A stretch of 64,000 bases of DNA from an uncultured Alphaproteobacteria bacterium. Its GTDB lineage: Bacteria; Pseudomonadota; Alphaproteobacteria; Micavibrionales; UBA2020. Numbering within the stretch: position 1 is the stretch's first letter; each line of letters starts with the position of its first letter. Both the position numbers and the translations under genes were made by a program. The notes under the pieces were generated by a model that made no database searches, had not been told where the DNA came from, and saw nothing but the letters and a program-made list of their open reading frames with translations. Of the stretch, positions 20,047 to 29,140 are shown one piece after another. Location of the stretch: the NCBI GenBank assembly GCA_966211335.1, contig CBIHNF010000001.1, forward strand, positions 666,773 to 730,772, written 5' to 3'.

Positions 20047-20976
20047 ATGGCCGCCATAAGTCACATAAACTGGATAGGTTTTCTGGCGCTTCTTGGTTTC
20101 CTGCCCTGCTGTATAGGGGCGCTCCATTTTGCCGCAAGGAATGTCTCCAACACGCTATCAGGTTCGTTTTTGCGGAGGATGATGCTTCAAACGCAAGCCA
20201 TAAGCTTTATGCTGGCTGCTATACTGTTTGCAGCCGTCGGAGAAAATTGGGGTGGTTGGGATATAGACTTTCTCTTCAAGAGCGTATCGTCGTCGCCGCT
20301 AAAGGAATGTCGCGCAACGGATAAAAACTGCAATCCATACGATGCGCCGGAGAATCGCGCAGTCTTGAACAATAAGAACCCGCCGCCCAAATCTATTAGC
20401 GCTAGATCTCAAGTAAAATTTTTTAACCCGTACGGTAATTGGCGTGAAATAGCTGCGCCAGTTGACGCTATAACGCAGAAGATATTTGATGCCGTGGATC
20501 GTGGCTTTATCGATGTTGGCGAATTTGAGAAATTAGATTTTCAAAACGGAAATCCAAATCAAGGCTGGCGTAGCAAGGGATTAAAAGCATACAAAAGTTC
20601 TGAACAAGAAAATTATTTTCTGTTCCCGCGAGATTCGATCGAAGGCAAAAATTTAGAAAAAAGTATTAACGCGCTCGTAGGGCTTCCTGCCACTTCTTTA
20701 AAAATTAATTTACATCGTGAGGTGGACGGCGACACTATTTCCGATAGTCTTGTATTGGTAATATCAGATATCCGTGAAGAGGTTTGTTCCGTCCACGGAG
20801 GAATAAAAAGCATGGAAATAAAAATATTCAATGATAATCACCAGCCAGTGGCAGAGTCGAAGTCATTTACAGGCTGCGTCAGAAACACTGATGGAAGAGT
20901 CTATCTTTTTGTACCATTTGCGGGGCGTATCTATACGCATGGAAAGTGGTGGTTAAATCGGCCGGGCGTTTTTTAA
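20047..20976 (+). CDS. membrane-anchored protein with about 230-aa soluble domain (309 aa)
   Basis: Two N-terminal TM segments followed by a hydrophilic Cys-containing domain; low GC. Confidence 0.5.
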   Translation: MAAISHINWIGFLALLGFLPCCIGALHFAARNVSNTLSGSFLRRMMLQTQAISFMLAAILFAAVGENWGGWDIDFLFKSVSSSPLKECRATDKNCNPYDAPENRAVLNNKNPPPKSISARSQVKFFNPYGNWREIAAPVDAITQKIFDAVDRGFIDVGEFEKLDFQNGNPNQGWRSKGLKAYKSSEQENYFLFPRDSIEGKNLEKSINALVGLPATSLKINLHREVDGDTISDSLVLVISDIREEVCSVHGGIKSMEIKIFNDNHQPVAESKSFTGCVRNTDGRVYLFVPFAGRIYTHGKWWLNRPGVF

Positions 20977-21010
20977 AAACGAACGATTTAGGTATAAATC
21001 ACCTCTAAAT

Positions 21011-21048
21011 AAAAACAGCCCCGACCAATGAAGGTAAGGGCTGTTTTT
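21011..21048. terminator. bidirectional rho-independent terminator candidate
   Basis: AAAAACAGCCC ... GGGCTGTTTTT forms an 11-bp perfect stem flanked by an A-run and a T-run. It sits between the convergent 20047..20976 and secB genes. Confidence 0.6.
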
Positions 21049-21108
21049 ATTTCTCTCATCACCCGCCATCTTCCGGTGGATTTTTTTTAAAATCAAAAAC
21101 GGCGTCAA

Positions 21109-21621
21109 TTACGCCTGTTTCTTTTGTGCTTCCTGCTGGCGCTTCAGCTCGTTGATGTAGATGGCTTCGAAGCTGATCGGCGTCAGGTACAGCGGCGGGT
21201 AGCCGCCGGCGGAGGTGACGTTCGCCACGATCTCGCGCGCGAAGGGGAAGAGCAGTTTCGGCACTTCCACCATGATGACCGGCTGGTGGTTTTCGGTGGG
21301 GATGTTTTTCAGCACGACGAGCGCGCCGTAGGACAGGTCGATGATGAAGCAGACTTTTTCATCAACCTTCTTCTTCGCTTCAATGCGGAAGTTGACGCTG
21401 CATTCATAGACATCATCCTTCACCGGCTGGTGGCGCAGGAAAATCTGCACCGAGGTTTCCGGCTGCGGCCAGCCCGAGACGAGGCTTTCCGGCGCGTTCG
21501 GGTTCTCGAAGGAGAAATCCTTGATGTACTGGGCAATCACCTGCACGCCGGGCTGGTTGCCGGTTTCGGTGTTGAGGGGGATGGCGGGTTCGCCAGCGGT
21601 GTCTTGTTTATCTTTGGCCAT
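21109..21621 (-). CDS. secB: protein-export chaperone SecB
   Basis: The segment IAQYIKDFSFENPNAP...LLFPFAREIV is typical of SecB. Confidence 0.9.
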   Translation of the reverse strand: MAKDKQDTAGEPAIPLNTETGNQPGVQVIAQYIKDFSFENPNAPESLVSGWPQPETSVQIFLRHQPVKDDVYECSVNFRIEAKKKVDEKVCFIIDLSYGALVVLKNIPTENHQPVIMVEVPKLLFPFAREIVANVTSAGGYPPLYLTPISFEAIYINELKRQQEAQKKQA

Positions 21622-21725
21622 GCCATTTATCCTTTATGTAACTTGCTGCGGAGAGAAATAGCATAGCGCGCGGCTTTGCCGCAAGCCGAAGCGGCTAAAT
21701 GCCATAATATATTCAGCCTTTATAC

Positions 21726-22202
21726 TCAGTCTTCGGTCTTGTCGTCGATGCGTTTGTATTCGGCCTCGATGACGGTGTCGGTCGGGGCGGGCGGCGGGCG
21801 TTTCGTCGCGTGGCGGAAGTTTTGCGTATCGCGGGTAAATCTGCGCAAAAAACTGTCGGGGTTGTTATGGCTGCGCTGGAACATCCAGCTGCGGAAAGGG
21901 CTGATGATGAAGGGAATCGCGATGAAATCGGAGATAAAACCCGGGAAAATCAGCAAAAGCGCCGCGATCATCAGGCAAAAACTGTCAAAAACCTCCCGAA
22001 CCGCGAATAATTCATCGTCTTCATCGCGTTTTGCGCGGGAAAAGGCGCCGGAAGCGCCGGTTTTGAGCAGGGAAAAGCCCAAAATCGTCGAACACATGAT
22101 CCAGATGAGCGTCATACCGAGGCCGATGCGGCCGCCGATCACGATAAAGCCGATCAGCTCGGCCAGCGGCAGGTAGGTCAGCGGTGTCAAAAGGAAATAC
22201 AT
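21726..22202 (-). CDS. fxsA: FxsA family membrane protein
   Basis: N-terminal PLAELIGFIVIGGRIG motif, TM helices, and a conserved position next to secB. Confidence 0.78.
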   Translation of the reverse strand: MYFLLTPLTYLPLAELIGFIVIGGRIGLGMTLIWIMCSTILGFSLLKTGASGAFSRAKRDEDDELFAVREVFDSFCLMIAALLLIFPGFISDFIAIPFIISPFRSWMFQRSHNNPDSFLRRFTRDTQNFRHATKRPPPAPTDTVIEAEYKRIDDKTED

Positions 22203-22336
22203 TTCAGCCTTTTACAAGGATTTAACGGTTTTTGCGCTACGCTTCAATGTGGACTATTGCCGCCCATAAACTAGATGAAGAGGGCGAAATAAGATACAAT
22301 TAACAGACAGGGCTTTAGGGCAGAGGGTTTATTACA

Positions 22337-23035
22337 GTGCATCTCGATATTCTGATTTTTGCGGCCGTTGCTGCCTTCATTATTTACCGCCTCAATTCCG
22401 TGCTCGGCACCCGCAACGGGTCGGAGCGGCAAAGGCCCAATCCGTTCTCGAGCCCGCGTGATGCGGTGCGGCCCGCACCCGCGCCCGTTTCGGTGCTGCC
22501 CGGCGCGCCGCCGCCCGGCATCGGCGTTGCCATGCTCAACCGCGACCAGCTGGTGGATGCCGAAAGCAACGCCGACGGCCGCATCGATACCGGCCTTGGC
22601 GAAATCGCGGCGCGCGATGCCTATTTCGACCTCAACAGTTTCCTGCAGGGCGCGCGCTACGCCTTCGAGATGATCGTGACCGCCTATGCGCGCGGCGACC
22701 TTGAGGCCTTGAAGCCCCTGCTGACCCCGAAGCTCTACAATGATTTCGCGGGCGGCGTGAAGGCGCGCAAGGAACAGAACCACACGACCGACCTCACCAT
22801 CCACCGCGTCAAGCAGGCGCGCATCACCGAAGCGCATATGGGCGGCACCATCGCCTATATCACCGTCGACTTCGAGGTCGAGGAAACGACGGTCACGCGC
22901 GATGCGGCAGGGCAGGTGGTGGACGGCAACCCCGATGCCATCTTCACCATCCGCGATATCTGGACCTTTATGCGCGACACGCGCAATTCCGACCCCAACT
23001 GGATTCTTATTGAGACGAAGTCGCTCGACAAGTAA
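22337..23035 (+). CDS. Tim44-like domain protein
   Basis: N-terminal TM, a Pro-rich linker, then a C-terminal Tim44-like domain (FLQGARYAFEMIVTAYARGD...WTFMRD). This is conserved alphaproteobacterial context. Confidence 0.78.
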   Translation: MHLDILIFAAVAAFIIYRLNSVLGTRNGSERQRPNPFSSPRDAVRPAPAPVSVLPGAPPPGIGVAMLNRDQLVDAESNADGRIDTGLGEIAARDAYFDLNSFLQGARYAFEMIVTAYARGDLEALKPLLTPKLYNDFAGGVKARKEQNHTTDLTIHRVKQARITEAHMGGTIAYITVDFEVEETTVTRDAAGQVVDGNPDAIFTIRDIWTFMRDTRNSDPNWILIETKSLDK

Positions 23036-23067
23036 TATCCTTTTATCATTTTAAAAGGATATCGCCG

Positions 23068-24279
23068 TTGAAACGCTTATCGCTGCTGCTGTGCCTTGCG
23101 CTGCTATCCTCCTGCGCGACCGCCCCCGTTGTGAAGAAAGCCGATCCGTTTTATTTAAAGCAGACCAGCTTCACCGCGCTGCCGGGGTGGAGTACGGATA
23201 AGCTGTCGGCGGCGCTTGTTCCCCTGCAGAAATCCTGCGCCCGGATCGCCACCAAGAAGCCCGAAATGTCCTTCGGCCCCGTGCCCTTTGCCGGCACCTA
23301 TAAAGACTGGCAGCAGGCCTGCACCAGCCTGCCGCCGAGCGGGGATGATGCCGCCGCGAAAACCTATTTTGAAACCAGCTTCACGCCCTATGAGATTTGG
23401 GGCGAGCAGGGGCGGGATGGGCTCTTCACCGGTTACTATGAGCCGACGCTGCACGGCTCCCTCACGAAGCACGACAAATACCAGATCCCAATCTACAGCC
23501 GCCCCGATGACCTCATCACCGTCAACCTCGGCGACTTCAAGGACGAGCTGAAAGGCGAAACGGTCGTGGGGCGCGTCAAGGGCCAGAACCTCGTCCCGTA
23601 TTTCACGCGCCACCAGATTGAAACCGGCGCGATCGAGAAGCAGGACAAGCAAATCGTCTGGGTCGACAATGCGGTTGATGCCTTCTTCCTGCATATCCAG
23701 GGCTCGGGCCAAGTCGTGATGGAAGACGGCGGCATCCTGCGCGTCGGCTTCGCGGCGCAGAACGGCCATGCCTATTACGCCATCGGCCAGGCACTGATCA
23801 AGAACGGCGCGCTGACCAAGGAAAATGTCTCCATGCAATCCATCCGCGGCTGGCTGGAAGCGCATCCCGCTGACGCCCCCAAAATCATGGACCTGAACGA
23901 GTCATACGTCTTCTTCCGCAAGCTGGACGGCGACGGCCCCTTGGGCGCCGAAGGCACCGCGCTCACCCCCCAGCGCAGTATCGCTATCGACCGCAAAAAA
24001 TTCCCCTATGGCGCGCCGTTCTTTATCGATGCGGAAGGGCCGGGGGAGCAGGGGCATATCAGCCAGCTCATGGTGGCGCAGGATACCGGGGGCGCGATCA
24101 AGGGTGCCGTCCGCGCCGACTTTTTCTGGGGCGCGGGGCCGGAGGCGGCCGAACATGCCGGCGTCATGAAAAGCGCGGGGCAGGATTACATTTTATTGCC
24201 CAATTCCGTCACCGTGCCGCCCGAATACCGCGCCGCCGCGCGGCATATTCCGCAAAAAGCCATTGGCTATAACAACTAA
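23068..24279 (+). CDS. mltA: membrane-bound lytic murein transglycosylase A
   Basis: Lipobox LLSSC, an MltA domain, and the 3D-domain motif AQDTGGAIKGAVRADFFWG. Confidence 0.88.
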   Translation: MKRLSLLLCLALLSSCATAPVVKKADPFYLKQTSFTALPGWSTDKLSAALVPLQKSCARIATKKPEMSFGPVPFAGTYKDWQQACTSLPPSGDDAAAKTYFETSFTPYEIWGEQGRDGLFTGYYEPTLHGSLTKHDKYQIPIYSRPDDLITVNLGDFKDELKGETVVGRVKGQNLVPYFTRHQIETGAIEKQDKQIVWVDNAVDAFFLHIQGSGQVVMEDGGILRVGFAAQNGHAYYAIGQALIKNGALTKENVSMQSIRGWLEAHPADAPKIMDLNESYVFFRKLDGDGPLGAEGTALTPQRSIAIDRKKFPYGAPFFIDAEGPGEQGHISQLMVAQDTGGAIKGAVRADFFWGAGPEAAEHAGVMKSAGQDYILLPNSVTVPPEYRAAARHIPQKAIGYNN

Positions 24280-24297
24280 AAGGCATTAGTCTGCCCC

Positions 24298-25116
24298 ATG
24301 GCTGACGTCACATCACCCTTTGGCACCTATAAGCTCAACAAACGCAAGGATCAGTTCCTGCGCTGGGGGCAGGGCATGCCCGTCAGCTGGCTCGGCCGCC
24401 GCGCCGCGCTGCTGCTGCGCCGTGCCGTGCTGGAGAAAAAAATCACCACGGTTGATGCCGTGGTCGATGGCCTGAAACTCCGCCTCTACATGCAGGACAA
24501 TGTCTCCGAGCGCAAATTCCTGTTCATGCCGCAGTTTTTTGACAGGTACGAGCGCAACCTGATTAAAAACAGCGTGCCCGCCGGCGGCACCTTCGTCGAT
24601 ATCGGCGCGAATGCCGGCATCTATACGCTCACTGCCGCCGCCGCCGTCGGCGCCAACGGCCGCGTGCTCGCGATTGAACCCAACCCCGCGGTGCTCGACC
24701 GCCTGAAATACAACCTTGCCCTCAACAACTTCACCGCCCGCGTCATTGTGGAGCAGGCTTGCGTGTCCGATCATGCCGGCACGGTGGAGCTGACGCTGGA
24801 TGATACCAACCTCGGCGGCTCAAGCCTTGTCGAAACGCGCTCGGCAAAAACCCTCTCCGTCGCCTGCTACCCGCTGCTCGCCATCCTGCAGAAATACCAG
24901 CTGGCGCATATCGATGCCTTAAAGATTGATATCGAGGGCGCGGAAGACATGGCCCTCATCCCCTTCCTCACTGCCGCGCCGCCGCAACTGCTGCCGCGCT
25001 TTATCATTTTAGAAAATTCCAAAGACAGCTGGAAAAAAGACCTGCAGGGCACGCTCAAGTCCGCCGGCTACAGCCTGATCGAAACCACGCGCATGAATCT
25101 GGTGTGGAGTTTGTAA
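24298..25116 (+). CDS. FkbM family methyltransferase
   Basis: SAM motif FVDIGANAGIYTL and the DALKIDIEGAE motif. Confidence 0.8.
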   Translation: MADVTSPFGTYKLNKRKDQFLRWGQGMPVSWLGRRAALLLRRAVLEKKITTVDAVVDGLKLRLYMQDNVSERKFLFMPQFFDRYERNLIKNSVPAGGTFVDIGANAGIYTLTAAAAVGANGRVLAIEPNPAVLDRLKYNLALNNFTARVIVEQACVSDHAGTVELTLDDTNLGGSSLVETRSAKTLSVACYPLLAILQKYQLAHIDALKIDIEGAEDMALIPFLTAAPPQLLPRFIILENSKDSWKKDLQGTLKSAGYSLIETTRMNLVWSL

Positions 25117-25117
25117 G
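25061..25117. repeat. direct repeat copy 1 (57 bp; equals the last 56 nt of the FkbM gene incl. stop, plus 1 nt)
   Basis: Matches 25913..25969 at 55 of 57 positions. Confidence 0.9.
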
Positions 25118-25912
25118 CTGTCTCGATCAAGGCGCTTATGTCGCTCCCGCCGCCGCCTTCTGAAATTTTTTAAAAATCATTTTCAAGTTTTAAATCGGAA
25201 ATATTCATCAAGGGATATCCAATAGCGTGACCATGAAAATAAATAACAATGAATATTTAGATTTGGTTGGGAATGAATTTTACCAAATCGTTTATTCTAT
25301 TTCCGAACAAATGATTGATTCCAAATGGCTTGCAAAAGTAAAACCTATAAGGCGGGACACGATGGAGTCTGTCAAAGGAGGGTTTACTGTCTTTGAATCT
25401 GATAAAAATGTCATAATGGAAAAAATAAAAAAAAGGGTCGATGAGTCGCTTTTCCCCGAACTGGAAAAAATAGGCAAGCCGTCAGATTGGAATAGCGAAA
25501 TACGGAAGATATTACTCAAATGTAATGATGTGACGAAAAGGCTTATGAGGTTTGGAACCTATTCGATTGATCATCCGCCCGAACAAAAAGCTGAATATGA
25601 ATATTGGTCTGAATATGCGCAGTATTGGCATGATATTATTAAAGACACCATCGCCGTAAATAGAATGGTCGAGGCGCTGGATGACAAGGATCGGATAGAA
25701 CTCTTGACTATCTCCGACAGTAGCTTGCAGGATCCTTCGGACATTTGGAGTTTAAACGACATAGACTTTCGACTGGCGGCGTTCAGATTTTTTTCCTGTC
25801 CATCTGAACAAGAGAAAAGACATCACGAATTACAACTGGAAAGACTGGCCCGCAGGCATGACGAACTCGGCTGGAAATAAATTGTGGCCTTTAGTTGACT
25901 AACCAATCTTCG
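25118..25912. mobile_element. putative inserted element remnant bounded by the 57-bp direct repeats
   Basis: Low-GC segment with a single ORF, flanked by a duplicated gene 3' end (att-like). No integrase is present. Confidence 0.35.
25227..25880 (+). CDS. hypothetical protein (217 aa), low GC
   Basis: The only long ORF inside the repeat-bounded segment. Its start may be the ATG at 25233. Confidence 0.5.
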   Translation: MTMKINNNEYLDLVGNEFYQIVYSISEQMIDSKWLAKVKPIRRDTMESVKGGFTVFESDKNVIMEKIKKRVDESLFPELEKIGKPSDWNSEIRKILLKCNDVTKRLMRFGTYSIDHPPEQKAEYEYWSEYAQYWHDIIKDTIAVNRMVEALDDKDRIELLTISDSSLQDPSDIWSLNDIDFRLAAFRFFSCPSEQEKRHHELQLERLARRHDELGWK

Positions 25913-25969
25913 CCGCCAGCTACAGCCTCATCGAAACCACGCGCATGAATCTGGTGTGGAGTTTGTAAG
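25913..25969. repeat. direct repeat copy 2 (orphan copy of the FkbM gene 3' end)
   Basis: Still encodes ...ASYSLIETTRMNLVWSL* but has no upstream gene body. Confidence 0.9.
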
Positions 25970-25970
25970 G

Positions 25971-26669
25971 CTACTCTTGTTCCTGTTCAACAACCGGAAA
26001 ACAGTCGTCAGGTACGTCATACACAAAAACTGGCGGTGGATAATTGCTACTAACGTTGTGTTTGGACGCTATTAGGCCGAATTCTTTGAACAGGGCGTCA
26101 GGATCTTTTTCCCACTGTTTAGAGATAAACTTGAGCTGGAAAGAAATCAGGTTTTTCCCCAACAAAAATTTATGCCAGAAAAGCCGCCACCAGCTATCCA
26201 AAACTATGGCTTGTTCGCTTGGCAAGGCGATGACTTCGAAACAGAAGTTAAATCCAAAAGGTTTTCTCGAGAGCTGCTTTGGTAGATAAACGGCAACAAG
26301 TGTCATCTGATAAAGCCGCTCGTAAGGAACGAAGAATTTTTCGTCCACAAACCAGAAACCGTGAGCATAGGCTTCCAGAATGACCGGATTTTTCTCAAGC
26401 CTGATACGGCGCTTCCAAGATGCAATCGCGGCGGCTACGCAAATCACGAAGCCTACATCAAGGCCATATTGCAGCTGCCTGATAAAAATAAAATGACTGA
26501 AGGGGATAATGGTGAGAGCTGTTAACCAGAAGAGAACTTCAGAAATCGGCGAAAGGGGAAGTTTTAATTTCAAAGCCGAGACGAGAAGAGTTTTCGAAGG
26601 TCGCTCTCTTGAAATTCTCGGGGGCTCGACCGTGTAATCGGCCTCGATGGTCGGGCCGTTTTTCTCCAC
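25971..26669 (-). CDS. membrane protein of unknown function (232 aa), mostly low GC
   Basis: Two central TM helices. Its start is 1 nt downstream of the ribokinase stop and its stop abuts repeat copy 2. Confidence 0.5.
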   Translation of the reverse strand: MEKNGPTIEADYTVEPPRISRERPSKTLLVSALKLKLPLSPISEVLFWLTALTIIPFSHFIFIRQLQYGLDVGFVICVAAAIASWKRRIRLEKNPVILEAYAHGFWFVDEKFFVPYERLYQMTLVAVYLPKQLSRKPFGFNFCFEVIALPSEQAIVLDSWWRLFWHKFLLGKNLISFQLKFISKQWEKDPDALFKEFGLIASKHNVSSNYPPPVFVYDVPDDCFPVVEQEQE

Positions 26670-26670
26670 G

Positions 26671-27597
26671 TCAGGAAATCTTCACCGGCGGCTCCAGCCG
26701 CGAGAGGTTCGCTTCGATGTCATCGAGCGCCGGCATGCCGGATTGGGCGCCGAGGCCGAGGCAGGCGAGGCCTGCGCCGACAGAAGCATGATGCATGGCA
26801 TTGAGCCAGTTGTGGCCCGCCTGCAAGGACGCCGCGAAAATGCCGCAGAAGGCGTCGCCCGCGCCGGTCGTATCCACCACTTCAATGGGGAGTGCGCCGA
26901 CGCGGAAGAGGGCGCCGGCCTTGGCCGCAATCGCGCCCTGTTCTTCCATGGTGATGATGCAGGTGCAATTGATATGCGCGGAAATGACTTTCGCAATCGC
27001 GCCGGCATCGTCCGACTGCAGGCCAAAGCCACTCGCCAGCTGCTGCGCTTCAATTTCGTTCACGATCACGTAATCGACAGATGGCAAATCGCCCGCCGTC
27101 ACCATGTGCCCCGGCGAGGCATTCAGGATGGTGGTTGCGCCCTTGGCTTTGGCGCGCTCCAGCACCAGCAGCGTTTCGCGCGGGCTGGCCTCCAGCTGGC
27201 AGAGGATGATGTTTTTTTCGTTGAAGACTTCGTCCGGCAGCTGGTCGTTCGTCGCATCCATGTTCGCGCCGGGCGCGACCATGATCATGTTGGAGCCCTT
27301 CATGTTCACGGCAATGGTGGCGCAGCCCGTCGGCCGGTCGGAAATACCAATAGCTGTGGTCCAGACGCCTTGGGTTTTAAGGTTGTTGACCGAACGGCGG
27401 CCGAATCCGTCATCGCCCACTTTGCCGGCCATGGCGACTTTGGCGCCGGCGCGCGCGGCGGCGATGGCCTGGTTGGCGCCTTTGCCACCCTCGCGGCTTA
27501 AATAGTCGGCCGTGCACAGCACGGTTTCCCCCGGTTTGGGGAAATGCGCCACCGGCATGACGATATCGATGTTCATCGAGCCAAATACAATAATCAT
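26671..27597 (-). CDS. rbsK: ribokinase / PfkB-family sugar kinase
   Basis: N-terminal GSMNIDIV, the GGKGANQA motif and the PfkB signature DTTGAGDAF. The start is set at MIIVFGS; the ORF track extends to 27663. Confidence 0.78.
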   Translation of the reverse strand: MIIVFGSMNIDIVMPVAHFPKPGETVLCTADYLSREGGKGANQAIAAARAGAKVAMAGKVGDDGFGRRSVNNLKTQGVWTTAIGISDRPTGCATIAVNMKGSNMIMVAPGANMDATNDQLPDEVFNEKNIILCQLEASPRETLLVLERAKAKGATTILNASPGHMVTAGDLPSVDYVIVNEIEAQQLASGFGLQSDDAGAIAKVISAHINCTCIITMEEQGAIAAKAGALFRVGALPIEVVDTTGAGDAFCGIFAASLQAGHNWLNAMHHASVGAGLACLGLGAQSGMPALDDIEANLSRLEPPVKIS

Positions 27598-27811
27598 TCC
27601 ATCAGCATATCCTAAACACGTAAAGGGTCTATGAAATTCAAATGGTTGAAACGGCTTGTTCAAAAATTATGGGAATAAAAGCGGGCGTGTTTTCGCCGCC
27701 GCTTGACCAAAGCTAAGGGAATGAAATTAAGGGCAAATCCCTGTTGCTTCCCAAGGGGGTGGGGCGTATATCATAAAAGCAGCATAATTATGGCTTCCGA
27801 CCCCCCTCCGA

Positions 27812-29137
27812 ATGGTTCGTCACATGTCCGTCTCCAAGCTCAAATCGGCACTTGCCGCCCCCCCTCATACGACGGCGAAAAACTCCAGCCTGAAAAATAC
27901 CAGCCTGGGATTTTACGAAAGCTTCTTCCAGAGCCGCCTGACGGATCTGCACAAGGAAGGCCGCTACCGCGTCTTCGCCGATCTTGAACGGCAGGTCGGG
28001 AAATTCCCCAAGGCTCTCTACCGCTCCGAAGCGGGCGAGCAGGAAGTCACCATTTGGTGCAGCAACGACTACCTCGGCATGGGCCAGCACCCCAAAGTGA
28101 TCGAGGCGATGTGCGAGGCCGCCAGAACCAGCGGCGCCGGCGCCGGCGGCACGCGCAATATTTCCGGCACCACCCATTACCACGTTGTGCTGGAAGAAGA
28201 ACTGGCCGACCTGCATGGCAAGGAAGGCGCGCTGCTGTTTACCTCCGGCTATATCTCCAACGAAGCTGCGCTCAGCACCATTGCCAAAGTTCTGCCGGAT
28301 TGCGTCATTTTCTCGGACGAGCTGAACCATGCCTCCATGATTCAAGGCATCAAGGCCTCGGGTTGCGAGAAATACATCTTCCGCCACAACGATGTTCAGC
28401 ATCTTGAAACGCTGCTCGCCTCGGTCGAGCGCTGCCGGCCCAAAATCATCGCCTTTGAATCCGTCTATTCGATGGATGGCGATATTTCGCCGATCAAACA
28501 AATTTGCGACCTTGCCGAAAAATACGGCGCGCTGACATACCTTGACGAAGTGCATGCCGTGGGCATGTATGGCGACCGCGGTGCCGGCATTGCCGAGCGC
28601 GACGGCCAGATGCACCGCATCGATATTTGCGAAGGCACGCTTGGCAAGGCCTTCGGCGTCATGGGCGGCTATATCGCCTCCAGCCGCGCAATTGTCGATA
28701 TCGTGCGCTCCTATGCCTCCAGCTTTATCTTCACCACATCGCTGCCGCCGGCTTTGCTGGCAGGCGCTGCCGCTTCCGTCCGCCACCTGAAGGAATCGCA
28801 GGTCGAGCGCGCGCAGCATCAGGAGCGCGCCGCAAAGCTGAAACAAATGCTGCAGGATGCAGGGCTGCCCGTGCTGATCTCCAAAAGCCATATCGTGCCG
28901 CTGATGGTGGGGGATGCGCGGCTTTGCAAAAAGGCCAGCGATGAATTGCTGCAGAACCACGGCATCTACGTGCAGCCCATCAACTACCCGACCGTGGCGC
29001 GCGGCACGGAACGCCTGCGCCTGACGCCGACGCCGTTCCATACGGATGCAGATATGAAAGCGCTGGTCGATGCGCTGTGCGAGGTCTGGGCCAGCCTCAA
29101 CCTTCGCCGCGCCGCGACGATCAGTTACTTGGGTTAA
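27812..29137 (+). CDS. hemA: 5-aminolevulinate synthase
   Basis: The segment [13 protein letters not shown]...[13 protein letters not shown]...GGTRNISGT, plus the PLP lysine region [10 protein letters not shown], is typical of ALAS. Confidence 0.92.
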   Translation: MVRHMSVSKLKSALAAPPHTTAKNSSLKNTSLGFYESFFQSRLTDLHKEGRYRVFADLERQVGKFPKALYRSEAGEQEVTIWCSNDYLGMGQHPKVIEAMCEAARTSGAGAGGTRNISGTTHYHVVLEEELADLHGKEGALLFTSGYISNEAALSTIAKVLPDCVIFSDELNHASMIQGIKASGCEKYIFRHNDVQHLETLLASVERCRPKIIAFESVYSMDGDISPIKQICDLAEKYGALTYLDEVHAVGMYGDRGAGIAERDGQMHRIDICEGTLGKAFGVMGGYIASSRAIVDIVRSYASSFIFTTSLPPALLAGAAASVRHLKESQVERAQHQERAAKLKQMLQDAGLPVLISKSHIVPLMVGDARLCKKASDELLQNHGIYVQPINYPTVARGTERLRLTPTPFHTDADMKALVDALCEVWASLNLRRAATISYLG

Positions 29138-29140
29138 GCC

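Larger units (their letters stand above)
18908..21000. other. visibly low-GC accessory segment carrying three membrane/unknown ORFs
   Basis: There is an abrupt by-eye drop in GC and a change in codon style right after the dnaQ stop. It ends at a hairpin terminator before secB. Confidence 0.45.

Noticed and set aside
27788-29041. 417-aa ORF antisense to hemA; likewise 13167..14324 (anti-FNR), 33064..34422 (anti-degP), 35325..36260 (anti-hflK), 38797..39759 (anti-folA/folB), 15002..15841 (anti-ppsR-like)
   Set aside because: All of these overlap confidently identified genes on the other strand and lack any recognisable motif.
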